A DNA stretch of 60,298 nucleotides, taken from contig DVJF01000002.1 in NCBI GenBank assembly GCA_018716965.1, positions 1 through 60,298 on the forward strand, written 5' to 3'. The translations under genes were made by a program, and so were the position numbers. Below the pieces are notes generated by a model. It was not told the DNA's origin, made no database searches, and worked only from the letters and a program-made list of their open reading frames with translations. The DNA comes from Candidatus Caccenecus avistercoris. Lineage in GTDB: Bacteria; Bacillota_I; Bacilli_A; RF39; UBA660. Below, one piece after another: positions 1-10,532 of this stretch (the stretch's first letter is position 1; the number at the start of each line of letters is the position of its first letter).

Positions 1-3000
1 CCCCATGAATCATATTCATAACTGCATAGTAAATTATGATTACTATCCGTTAATCCTATGATATCTTCTTGCATGTTTTTAATACAATAATATATTGTAT
101 TATTATATTTAAATCCTATTAAACTTCCTTCCTCATCTCGTATATAGTATATCATATTATTTCCGGTTTGTTCAAATATTATCTTATTATTTTCTGTAAA
201 GTAATTGGTTATAGTATTATTTATTTTCTTTTGAGTTCTTATTCCATCTTTATTATAAGTATAAGTAATACTTAAATCATTATCTGTATAGCTTGCTAAT
301 TGTCTTCCATTTACCCATGATAGTACTTTATTTCCGATAGTTAATGGATTACCTATTTCATCATAAGTAATTGATTCGTTGTTATATTTAGTTAATTGGT
401 CTTCCCAATTAATATTATTATATTCATAAGTATCTGTATGTAATAGATTATAAGTATCTAATTCATATTCTTGTTTCTTAAGTATATTTCCAGCATTATC
501 ATAAGTATATCTTATTGTTTTATTTAAATTATAATCATCTTCTTTAATAAGTTCATTAAAGTTATCATATTCATAATGATTAATTAATTTCTTATTTAAA
601 TAAATATCAGTGATATTATATAAATTATCATAATAATATTCATATAAATCATTATTTATTTTCATAGAATTTAATACCGTAGAAGTTTTATTACCATTAG
701 TTATATAAGTATACTCTATTTTTTGATTACCATTTATATCTTTGCTAGTTAATCTTCCTAGATAATCATAAGTATAATTTAAATTATTATTATCAAATGT
801 TACTTTGGTTATAGCATCGTCGGTGTTATATTCAAAAGTAACTGTTTCTTGATTATTTAATGTGTACTCTTTTTTTAATATATTATTATTTGAATCATAA
901 TCATATTCAATATTAAAGTTATTTGCTATATATTTACTTATTCTACTTGATAAATCATAATAATAATCATAGTTTTCATTTAAACTTGTTATTTTAGCTA
1001 AATTGCCTAAATTATCATAATGATAAGTATAGGTGTTAATATCATTTGTCATCGTTTTAATTCTATCAAGTTCATCATAAGTATAACTAAATGTATCACC
1101 ATTACCATAAACACTTGATAATAAATTACCATTGTTATTTTCATAATTATTAGTAATAAGAGTAATATTGTCTCCTATTTTTATTTGTTTGGCATTTAAG
1201 AAATTATCATAGGTAAAATTATATTCTTTGTTATTTGATGTTATTTTGGATAATAAATTATTAGTATTATAAGTATAATTAACTTCTTTGTTTTCTTTTT
1301 GTACTTTGGTTATTTGATCTTTTGAGTTATAAGTATAATAAGTTGTTATATTGTTTGCATCAGTAATACTATTGGTAAGTCCATTTGTTGTATTTATATC
1401 ATATGTTGTAACTTTATCTAGAGAATCTATTGTTTTGGTAACAAATTTCCCATCTAGGGTATATTCAGCTTTCGATTCAATAAACAATTGTGTATCTATA
1501 TCTTCAAAATAGAATTGTTCTTCAGACTCTTTGGTATCTTCTGTTTTTAAAGATAATTTATCATTTACACAAGCTAAATTATGTTCAAGTAAGGTATTGT
1601 CTTTTGTTTTGGGAATGATTATGTAACTATTGTTGTTTTGGAGGGATAATCTGAACAGAGAATCATCATTTATTAACTTGGTTAAACCAATGGAATTATT
1701 AATTAATGTTACATATTCTTCCCCACTTTTTATTCGGTAATAATCTCCTTCTTTAGTTAATAAATAAGCATCATGACTACAATTATCTTCTTTTAAAGAT
1801 ATTTCATTTGTTATGAAATTACTGTCCCAATATTTTTGTGATCCTTTAAGACGGATATAATATGTTTTACCATCTATTACATCTTGATCAGGATTAACAT
1901 TATTGATAAGTGTTTTAATAGGATTACCAAAATCATCATATAAAATTTCATTGGATATTCCTGATGGTGATATTCCTTTTAATACGCGATCTGTAACTGT
2001 ATTATCATATTCAAATTTAAAATTATTACCTAATGGATTAAACATGCTTGTTAATTGATTATTTTCATCATAAGTAAAACTAGTATGAGAACTATCCATG
2101 TTTCTAATGCCTTCTAAATTACCATTTTCACTATTATGATAATTATAACTTTGTTCTATATCTTTTGATAGAGTAATATTAGCTATATATAAATTATTAG
2201 CATTATAATTAGAAAATATAGTTAAGGCTATAGTATCATAGTTATATAAACTATCAGCTGGAAATGGAGCAGAAAAATATTGCCATTCATTATTGTGGGA
2301 TGGAAGACCAATAGGATCAAGTCCATAACCCATATCTTCGGGAATATTCGTATAATAAAAACTTAATAGTACAGAATTACTATATTCCATACCGGAGCCA
2401 CTTTTTGGTAAACCTTCATTTTTATACCAGAAAGATAAATTATATAAATCCCCTACTCTATCTTCTGATAAATTACCAATACCATTTACTTTTAATATTG
2501 TATCAACAGAAATATCTAAATCAGGATTAGATGCTATTTTTAAGGCTTTTACACCACCATCTAATGTTACTACACTAGCAACATTAGAATATTCATTACC
2601 ATTTTTATCATGAGCTGATACTTCCCATCCTTCTAATCCATTATGAAAATCACCATTTTCTAACATGTTATAATAATTGGCAATTTCTCCTTCTTCTAGT
2701 TGGATATCATCTAGGTAAGCTGTACCTTTTTCATTTGAAGTTATCGTTACTGAAATATATCCGCCTTCTTCTTCAGAAGAAGGATAATCACCCGTCACGC
2801 TATATTTTGCAAAATCTTCATTTGGAGGAATAGATATTATATCTAAAGTATCCGTTTTATTTAATCCTCTTCTTTCTAAACTCATAGTTAAGGGTTTATC
2901 ATTTTTAAAGTATCCACTAAAAGTATAATTTCTTCCTCTAGGAGGAAGAGATGGATCCTCAAAATAGCAATAATCAGAAAATTTTAAACTATAACTTCCA

Positions 3001-5404
3001 GTTCTTTTTTCTTCCGTTGTTCTAGTTCCAATAAAAAATGTTTCTTCATCTTCAAAGCTACTATTTTTAATTAGATTTTTGGTATATTTAACAGCTAAAA
3101 TTTCATTAGCTATTTTATTACCCGCTCTATTTACGTCTTCAAAATAACTACCATTATTTTCTTTATAAGTTGTATTATTTTCATAAACTGTTCCTTTACC
3201 ATAGGCATTATTTAAATTAGCTTCTTCATTTAAATTCGTAATACCAATTGTATTTCCTTGTTCATTAAAAATATAAGTATTATAACGATTTTTATTATCT
3301 TTTACTCTTGTTACTAAAAAGCCATAATCAAACTCTAAAGAAGCTCCTTGTTCATTATTTAAACCATATTCCGTAATTTTCTTTACTTTATAGGGACTTG
3401 TTTCATAATAAGTAAAATATTTACTTAAACCATTAACATCCATTATTTTTTCAATTAAACCATTATTATTATAAATAAAACTAGTTGTACCATTTTTAGT
3501 TACAATATTAGTTATTTTATTATTTGTATAGTTTATTGTAGTGGTAGTACTATCACTACTAATAACTGTATTATCCGTGTTATAAGTAATATTAATACTA
3601 GAATTATTGGCATCTGTTATTTTATTAATGCGATTAGATGTATCATAGAAAATAGTAACAGTATCTTTATTAGTATTTGTTAGTTTTGTTAAATAATAGA
3701 TATTGTTATTTAAAGTAAAGCGATATTCATTATTATCTATATCTGTTACTATATAATCGTTATTTTCTTTTGTTGCTTTTAATCCTAGACCATCTTCATC
3801 TATATATTTATTATCAATTTTATTTCCTTCATCATCCAATTCATTTCGGAAATAATGAATGGTTCCATCTGCGTCGGTGTATTCCAAATAATTATTATTA
3901 TCAATCGTAACTTCTTCTATAGTTTCATTTAAATTGAATTTATAACCGGCTTTATATCCATAGTCTTTATTTAATACAACATCATTAGTATTATAAATTA
4001 AACTTAAATTAATAGGATATTTTCCACTTATGGTTTCATTTAAATTAAATACTGTTGTTAAATTACCAGTTAAGTTATTGATGTAGCTTGCCCCATCAGT
4101 ATATTCTTGAGTCTGGTAAGTCATATAGTCTTCTAAACCATTTTGATTACGATAAGTAATAACTAAATATGGTTTGGGATTATCCATTTCTTCTTCTTCA
4201 CTAATATTATTATTTTTAGAATAAAATGTATACTCTGGACAATCCTCATTATATACTTCTTTATTGAATTTTAACATAACACCATAATTGGGTGAACCAG
4301 AATACCATTTTTTCACTAAATTAGTTATATCAAATGTGGAAGTTTGAAGTTTGTAGATATAACCCATTTCATCTGGATTAATATCTAGTATTGTACGATA
4401 GGCATAGCCAAAATCTTCTACCTTATTTTCAAACTTGTCATTCATTGTGTTCCAATTTGCTGTATCTTCTGTCCAATTGGTATTAACCTCATGCACTGTT
4501 ATATTTTCGTGATATAAATCATGTAAAGCCACTCTATCATCAGCATGACTAATAAGATTAAAATAAGCTTTTATAATATCATAGCCAGTCCCAATGGTAG
4601 GTAAATCAAATTTTAGTAAAGAACGATAAACTATATTGTTACTAGCGACTCCAACTTTTAATTTATCAGTGTTATTTCGATCTACATTATCATCACCTAA
4701 ATAAATATAAGTATCATAAACATTTAATTCACTTTTATTTACTATCGTTGGATCAATAATAACTGGAAACTCGGCTTTATTTAGCCATTCTTGATCTAAA
4801 TTTAAATTTAAATAATAAGTATTATCTTTTAAATTTAGATCATAATTTATATTGTAATTGTATGAACCACTATTATCTTTCATAAATGGTGCATCAATTA
4901 CAAATATGTTTTTATCTTTATCTTTAGCTATGATACTACCCTTTGTTGCTAATTCTAACACAAGATTCGTATCTATTTTAAAAGATAAAGAGGAAGGAAT
5001 ATTATTTTTATTTTTTAAAATAATAGATTCCTTTAATTTCGTAGATATTACTTTATAATCTATATCTATATCTTCTAAAATATTTTCAAATATTAAATCT
5101 TGTTTATTTCTTTTAATATTTGTATTATTATTTTTGGCTTTTAATAAATAGATTTTTAGATAATAATTATCTTTCGTAATATCTACTAATAAATTTGTGT
5201 TTTTATCTTTCGAAAAACTAGTATGAAAGTTATTTGCTTTATTGATAATAGTATTTCCTTTTTCTATTAAAGTATTATCTATGTCTAAATATTCACCATT
5301 CTTAAGATAATGAATATCATTGTTATAGAGATATAAGGAAATTGTCCCATCATCATTTAAGAAATGTTTTTCATTTCGTTTTCGAAGATGTTTTAATTCT
5401 TTCA
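1..5404 (-). CDS. RHS/YD-repeat polymorphic-toxin-like giant protein, N-terminal ~1800 aa; the 3' end runs off the left edge
   Basis: Hand translation of the minus strand from the ATG at 5404 (SD ggggtg upstream) gave no stop codon down to base 1. N-terminus MKELKHLRKRNEKHF. A DNRLRE-like segment is present (YDTYIYLGDDNVDRNN...LLKFDLP...VHEVNTNWTEDTANWNTM). There are dozens of YD repeats (YTYDELDRI, YHYDNLGNL, YTYDYLGRL, RYTYDNAGNI, ITYDEIGNPL). The left edge ends in ...YYCIKNMQEDIIGLTDSNHNLLCSYEYDSWG, typical of the approach to the RHS core end. It is absent from the ORF track because there is no stop in the window. Confidence 0.9.
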
Positions 5405-5435
5405 TATTTTCACCCCGATATATAAATATGAAGAA

Positions 5436-5801
5436 TTATACTAGTATTTCGCTAGATTTCATAAGATTTTCTAAATTTTTTATGTCTTCTTTAATTTTGG
5501 GATAATAATTTTTCCAAATAGTAGATACATCGACATCATAAGTAATAGATACTTTATCTATAGCCCTGGTAATATTAGTTCCTTTTACAATTACTTCATA
5601 AAACAATTCTTTTTCTATTCCTTTTAATTCTTTTAATTTAACTTCTATTAAATTTAATATATTATTCAAATTACTTTTTAATTCTATTAATGATTCTTTT
5701 TCTTTATTTAATTGTACTTCTTTCGCTTCTAATGATTGAATTTTAAGTGTAACTAAATCTAGCTCTGTTTTAATATTTACATAAGCTTTGAAATTTTTCA
5801 T
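5436..5801 (-). CDS. hypothetical coiled-coil protein with possible C-terminal HTH, directly upstream of the RHS gene
   Basis: 121-aa ORF with SD agggaggt before the ATG. The N-terminal half has heptad-like L/E/K periodicity. The C-terminal part (GTNITRAIDKVSITYDVDVSTIWKNYYPKIK) looks like a sigma region-4 / phage small-regulator HTH by eye only. Confidence 0.6.
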   Translation of the reverse strand: MKNFKAYVNIKTELDLVTLKIQSLEAKEVQLNKEKESLIELKSNLNNILNLIEVKLKELKGIEKELFYEVIVKGTNITRAIDKVSITYDVDVSTIWKNYYPKIKEDIKNLENLMKSSEILV

Positions 5802-5855
5802 ATGACCTCCCTTCTAGATAGTTTATGAACTATTTAGAATTAAGAATTGGCTATA

Positions 5856-5883
5856 AACTAAAAAAACATCAAAAAGATGTTTT
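5856..5883 (-). terminator. rho-independent terminator after the tail-collar gene
   Basis: Stem aaacatc/gatgttt with a 5-nt loop, followed by a U-run on the minus strand, immediately after the stop at 5884. Confidence 0.6.
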
Positions 5884-6885
5884 TTAAGCTGTACGTTGCC
5901 AAATATATACAGCAAAGTATGGAGGCATATTGTTGTGAGGTTGATTACCACCTGTGTCAGCTCCTCCTGCTCTAAGAGTATAACCTATTGAAGGATTGTT
6001 TATTGTAAATCTGTCCCCTCCTTCTCCCCAATCATAATTATTCATTGCTCCAACATTATGAGCATGAGAGGGCATTTCATCTACGGTTAGAGTATGAGTT
6101 GCTTCTCCACCAGTTGAACCATTACTGTAAATATCACCACAAGCTAATAAAAAGCGATCCTTAATTTGACTCCATGTTCCTCCAAATAGAGTGCTTGGAT
6201 TCGTATTATTTACACTCATATAAATAGAACCGACGGGATATATTTCATCAAAGTTAGTTTGGGAGGTAGAAATGCTAGTGGTTAAGCTATTGACCGTTAA
6301 ATTACCATCACTATCTAAATTAAACTTATTATTTAAAGATGTTAAACAATTAATATTTAAATTATTGAATGTAGCATTAATATTATCATCTATTTTAGTA
6401 AAAGCATCTTTAAAATAAATATCATCTAAACTTAATATTTTACTTGCATTATTACTAGCATAAATAATATTGTTTAGATAATATTTCACAAAATCTATAT
6501 TTTTAGGATAAATTATATCTATAGTAGCATTTTCATAATTGGTATAAATATAATTGGTTCCTTCAAATAAGAGAATGTTTTGATATGCAATGTCTATTTC
6601 TTCAGATGAAGATATATAAGCTTTTAATTCCACTTTCTTATTATTAATAACTGGTTCCATAATAAATTTATCATTTACAGATAATTTATCATTTAAATTA
6701 AAAGTGTAAGTTTTTCTGTTTTCCGTAGGTGTAAGTGATGTATCAATGTAAATATTTAATTCATTTGTAGTAGGTATTTCTGTATTATCATTAATAGTAA
6801 TTTTTAAACCTAGTAGTGATGTTGGAAGAGCATCCTCTACATGAACACTGTTAATCCCGGATACTTTTAAATCATTTAAATTCAT
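5884..6885 (-). CDS. phage tail-collar (Collar/MdpB-like) domain protein, tail-fibre-like
   Basis: The C-terminus (IYPVGSIYMSVNNTNPSTLFGGTWSQIKDRFLLACG...GGEATHTLTVDEMPSHAHN...PPYFAVYIWQRTA) matches the phage tail collar signature known from tail fibres and microcystin-dependent proteins. The start was moved to MNLNDLKV at 6885 because of the SD aaggggat; the ORF-track start is 6930. Confidence 0.8.
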   Translation of the reverse strand: MNLNDLKVSGINSVHVEDALPTSLLGLKITINDNTEIPTTNELNIYIDTSLTPTENRKTYTFNLNDKLSVNDKFIMEPVINNKKVELKAYISSSEEIDIAYQNILLFEGTNYIYTNYENATIDIIYPKNIDFVKYYLNNIIYASNNASKILSLDDIYFKDAFTKIDDNINATFNNLNINCLTSLNNKFNLDSDGNLTVNSLTTSISTSQTNFDEIYPVGSIYMSVNNTNPSTLFGGTWSQIKDRFLLACGDIYSNGSTGGEATHTLTVDEMPSHAHNVGAMNNYDWGEGGDRFTINNPSIGYTLRAGGADTGGNQPHNNMPPYFAVYIWQRTA

Positions 6886-6972
6886 AAAAATCCCCTTTCT
6901 TAAAAATGCTACAATTATTTTTATGAACAAGTATACCGGATAAGCGCTAGAAAAAATAAAAAAAAGCTTATT

Positions 6973-9900
6973 TTAAGCCTTCTTTGTTACAATATTTGCT
7001 TTATGACCATTTAAATCAATTTCATTTTCTACTAATTCATCAAAAATAAGCTCTTTAGCTAAAGTTTCACTCTTAATATAGTCATTAAACATATTTACAG
7101 CTTCCTTAATATCTTCATCACCATTGTAAGTAATAATAATACGATCTACTACATTATAATCTTCTTGTTTTCTAATATTTTGAACTTTAGAAATAAACTC
7201 TCTAGCTAAACCTTCTAGAATTAATTCTTTTGTACGAACTGTATTTAAAATAACAAATAAATTATTTTCCATACCGACATTATAACCCTCTTTAGCATTA
7301 ATTCTAATATCTGTATAAGTATCATCTATTTCATATTCTGTATCATCTATTGTTACTTTAATCGTTTCTTTATTATTTAATTTAGTAATTTCACTATCAG
7401 TTAAATTAGCTAAAATATCACTAAATACTTTGATATTAGAACCAAATATCGGTCCTGCTACTTTAAAGTTTGGTTTTACATAAAAACTCATATATTTATT
7501 TAAATCACTAGTAAAAATAATTTTTTTAACATTTAATTCTTCTAAAATTAAATCTTTCAAATCGCCAATTAAACCTTCTAAATCAGCATTAAGTAAGCAT
7601 TCTGCTAATGGCTCTCTAACCTTTATTTTAGCTTCTTCTCTAATATTTCTACCAATACTAATAAGAGTTCTTACAGTATCCATTTTACTTTCTAAAGCTA
7701 GATTAATATACTCGGTATTATATTTAGGGAATACGGCTAAATGAACTGATTCTTCCCCAGTTAAATTGCGGTATAGTTCTTCACTTAAATATGGAATGAT
7801 TGGTGCAATCATTTTAGATAAACCTACTAATACATCATAAGTTGTACTATATACAGCTTTTTTAGAATTATCAAGCTCGCTACCCCAGAAACGATCTCTA
7901 TTTCTTCTAATATACCAGTTTGATAAATCTTCAGAGACAAAATAAGTTATAGCTTTTACTACTTTATTTAAATCGTATTCTTCGTATGATTCGGTTACAT
8001 ATTTAAGTAAATTATGATATTTTGATAATAACCATTTATCTATTTCTTCTAACTCTTCATATTCTACTTTGCATTCAGCAATATCAATGTTATCAGTATT
8101 CGCATACATGGCGAAGAAATTATAGGTATTTCTTAAAGGATTAAAGAATTTGGAATATACTTCTTTTAAACCTTCTTCATCAAATTTAATTGGAGTCCAT
8201 ACCGGAGAAGTAAACGGTAAGTACCAACGAATAGTATCAACACCAAAACGTTCCATTAAGCTGAATGGTTCAATCGCATTTCCTTTGGATTTATGCATTT
8301 TCTTACCATATTTATCAAGTAATAATTCATTTACTAATACATTTTTGTAAGGACTTACGCCTTTAACAAAGGTAGATATGACAAGTAATGAATAAAACCA
8401 ACCTCTGGTTTGATCAATTCCTTCACAGATGAAATCAGCTGGGAATTGGCTTTCAAAAATTTCCATATTTTCAAATGGATAATGATACTCTGCAAAAGGC
8501 ATTGATCCTGAATCAAACCAGCAGTCAATTACTTCTGATGTCCGATGCATTATTTTGCCACATTTAGGACACTTAATATGAACATCATCGACATAAGGGC
8601 GGTGTAAATCAATAGTCTCATCAATTTCTTCAATAGCTTTTTCGACTAGTTCTTGTTTTGATCCAATCATATCCATGTGTCCACATTCACATCTCCATAA
8701 AGGTAGTGGTGTTCCCCAATAACGACTTCTAGATATAGCCCAATCATTTAAATTTTCGAGCCAGTTACCAAAACGTTTTTCACCAACAAAGGCTGGATAC
8801 CAATTTACTTTCTTATTATTCTCTACAATTTTATCTTTTATTTTGGTAATCTCTAAATAATAACTTGGTTTAGAATAATAGATTAATGGAGTATTACAAC
8901 GCCAACAATGAGGATAGTTATGTTTCATACGGATTTTTTTGAATAATTTATTGTTTTCTTTCAAATATTTAATCACTTCTTTATCCGCATCAAAGACAAA
9001 CATACCCTTCCACAATCCTTCCGTGTAACAGCCATCATCACCAACAGGATTTAATACTGGTAAGTTATATTTTCTTCCTACTTCATAGTCATCAGCACCA
9101 AAAGCAGGAGCAATATGAACAATACCGGTACCATCTTCCATCGTAACGTAAGAATCACATGTTACATAAAAAGCTTTTTTGTTTACAGTTAGACTTGGTA
9201 TTAATTGCTCATAGCCAACATTTTCTAAAGTTTTACCTAAAAAGCGATCTAATACTGTGTATTCATCACCCAAAACGTTTGAAGCTAATTTTTCAGCGAC
9301 AATAAATTTATAGCCTTTTGATTCTACTAAAGAGTAGTATTCACTAGGATTTACACATAAAGCGACATTAGAAATTAGTGTCCATGGGGTTGTTGTCCAT
9401 ACTAAGAAATATTCATCCTTATCTACTCTTTTAAAAGGAACAATAACGGTATCAACATCAATTTCTTTATATCCTTGTTGCACTTCATGGCTAGCTAAAC
9501 CAGTTCCACATCTAGGACAATATGGAAGTATTTTTAAGCCCTCATAAAACAATCCTTCATCAAAGAATTTCTTTAAAATCCACCACTCTGTTTCAATGTA
9601 GTCATTATCATAAGTAATGTAGGGATGCTCTAAATCAATAAATTGACCCATTTCTTTGGTAAGTCTAGAAAAAGCATCTTCATTTTCCCAAACGATTTCC
9701 CGACATTTTTGGTTAAATTCTTTAATACCGTATTTTTCAATATCCCCTTTACCAGTGAAGCCTAATTTTTTTTCAACTTGAACTTCTACCGGTAAGCCAT
9801 GCGTATCCCAACCAATTTTTCTAAGTACGCGATAGCCTTGCATAGTCTTATATTTACAAAAAGTGTCTTTTAGAAATTTGGCTACCATATGATGAAGTCC

Positions 9901-10065
9901 AGGCATACCATTAGCAGTTGCTGGTCCATCATAAAAAACAAAATTATTATCTTTATCTCGAGAGTCAATACTGCTTTTTAATATATCAATTTTATCCCAG
10001 TAATCCCTTATATCCTTTTCTACTAAATTAACATTTCTTTTGTCTAAATCTTTAAAATCTTTCAT
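6973..10065 (-). CDS. ileS: isoleucine--tRNA ligase
   Basis: About 1030 aa, with a class I HIGH-type motif (PATANGMPGLHHM), a KMSKS-type motif (KKMHKSKGN) and Zn-ribbon cysteines (CPRCGT, CWRC, CPKCG). The start MKDFKDL at 10065 follows SD aggagg; the track start at 10125 lies inside the T-box terminator. Confidence 0.97.
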   Translation of the reverse strand: MKDFKDLDKRNVNLVEKDIRDYWDKIDILKSSIDSRDKDNNFVFYDGPATANGMPGLHHMVAKFLKDTFCKYKTMQGYRVLRKIGWDTHGLPVEVQVEKKLGFTGKGDIEKYGIKEFNQKCREIVWENEDAFSRLTKEMGQFIDLEHPYITYDNDYIETEWWILKKFFDEGLFYEGLKILPYCPRCGTGLASHEVQQGYKEIDVDTVIVPFKRVDKDEYFLVWTTTPWTLISNVALCVNPSEYYSLVESKGYKFIVAEKLASNVLGDEYTVLDRFLGKTLENVGYEQLIPSLTVNKKAFYVTCDSYVTMEDGTGIVHIAPAFGADDYEVGRKYNLPVLNPVGDDGCYTEGLWKGMFVFDADKEVIKYLKENNKLFKKIRMKHNYPHCWRCNTPLIYYSKPSYYLEITKIKDKIVENNKKVNWYPAFVGEKRFGNWLENLNDWAISRSRYWGTPLPLWRCECGHMDMIGSKQELVEKAIEEIDETIDLHRPYVDDVHIKCPKCGKIMHRTSEVIDCWFDSGSMPFAEYHYPFENMEIFESQFPADFICEGIDQTRGWFYSLLVISTFVKGVSPYKNVLVNELLLDKYGKKMHKSKGNAIEPFSLMERFGVDTIRWYLPFTSPVWTPIKFDEEGLKEVYSKFFNPLRNTYNFFAMYANTDNIDIAECKVEYEELEEIDKWLLSKYHNLLKYVTESYEEYDLNKVVKAITYFVSEDLSNWYIRRNRDRFWGSELDNSKKAVYSTTYDVLVGLSKMIAPIIPYLSEELYRNLTGEESVHLAVFPKYNTEYINLALESKMDTVRTLISIGRNIREEAKIKVREPLAECLLNADLEGLIGDLKDLILEELNVKKIIFTSDLNKYMSFYVKPNFKVAGPIFGSNIKVFSDILANLTDSEITKLNNKETIKVTIDDTEYEIDDTYTDIRINAKEGYNVGMENNLFVILNTVRTKELILEGLAREFISKVQNIRKQEDYNVVDRIIITYNGDEDIKEAVNMFNDYIKSETLAKELIFDELVENEIDLNGHKANIVTKKA

Positions 10066-10084
10066 AAGTCCTCCTTCTAAACAT

Positions 10085-10250
10085 AAAAAAGGTAGCACCA
10101 AAGGGCGTAAAATACGCGGTACCACCTTTATTTATTACTATTTCTTTTTAACGCTTTGTAGCGGAATATTCTATTTACTCAAATATCCAACTCCCAAGTG
10201 ATCTTTTAAAAGTTCGCTTCTTGATTTTCACCAACCATCAAGTCTCTTTG
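10085..10250 (-). promoter_or_regulatory. T-box leader (tRNA-Ile sensing) upstream of ileS
   Basis: On the minus strand the conserved T-box sequence AAAGGTGGTACCGCG is present (core at 10115..10126). It is followed by an alternative terminator helix and a U-run just before the ileS SD. A candidate specifier AUC lies in GGUGAAAAUCAAGAAG (plus-strand gat at 10223..10225). The boundaries are approximate. Confidence 0.75.
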
Positions 10251-10262
10251 TAAGCTACCCTT

Positions 10263-10532
10263 CTAAACGTCTTGTTCTGTGTTGTTCATATCATTTATAT
10301 GGTTCATAGTAAACATAGAAATAATCGTCTCTAAAATATTAGGGTCTTCTACTTCTTCTGTATACAACGTACCATCTTCTATTACTTCTTTAAAATATTT
10401 ATATTCTTGTTTAGGCATTTCTTCACTATCAATTTCTACACAATATAAATATCTTTCATGATTTAATTCTACGATATCTAGTACCATATATTCTACATTA
10501 TCTTCTAATGTAATAATATCATCTATATTCAT
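10263..10532 (-). CDS. DUF1292-like small acidic protein
   Basis: 89 aa. The sequence IITLEDNVEYMVLDIVELNHERYLYCVEID resembles the UPF0473/DUF1292 pattern. It overlaps the upstream gene by 4 nt. Confidence 0.65.
   Translation of the reverse strand: MNIDDIITLEDNVEYMVLDIVELNHERYLYCVEIDSEEMPKQEYKYFKEVIEDGTLYTEEVEDPNILETIISMFTMNHINDMNNTEQDV

Noticed and set aside
4858-5058. A 66-aa plus-strand ORF inside the RHS region.
   Set aside because: It lies antisense to a well-supported giant CDS, has a low-complexity hydrophobic translation, and has no SD.
1-5404. The ORF track is empty over the first 5.4 kb, which could have meant non-coding DNA, a large RNA, or an alternative genetic code such as TGA=Trp.
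   Set aside because: Hand translation of the minus strand gives one uninterrupted RHS-type reading frame. It is missing from the track only because no stop codon lies inside the window. Long uninterrupted ORFs elsewhere (ileS, infB) show the standard bacterial code is in use.
5884-6930. A prophage or tailocin region inferred from the tail-collar gene.
   Set aside because: No capsid, portal, terminase, tape-measure, holin/lysin or integrase genes lie nearby, so a single gene is not enough to call a mobile element.
8150-8350. Short antisense or shadow ORFs listed in the track. This one is an example; others are 10279, 11598, 13978, 14770, 16180, 22660, 22949, 24171, 24843, 24962, 25206, 26288, 26436, 28631, 29362, 37534, 37738, 38080, 44768, 44868, 49743, 51169, 51952, 51993, 52262, 52639, 53736, 55207, 57045 and 58699.
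   Set aside because: Each lies inside and opposite to (or out of frame with) a long CDS that has clear family motifs. Their translations are low-complexity with no SD. They are typical of AT-rich shadow frames.
10066-10125. Long N-terminal extensions suggested by the track. Examples are ileS from 10125, 13621, 20556, 26724, 29644, 47290 and 58425.
   Set aside because: In each case an internal ATG has a proper Shine-Dalgarno sequence and a family-typical N-terminus. The extensions run through leader, terminator or neighbouring-gene sequence.
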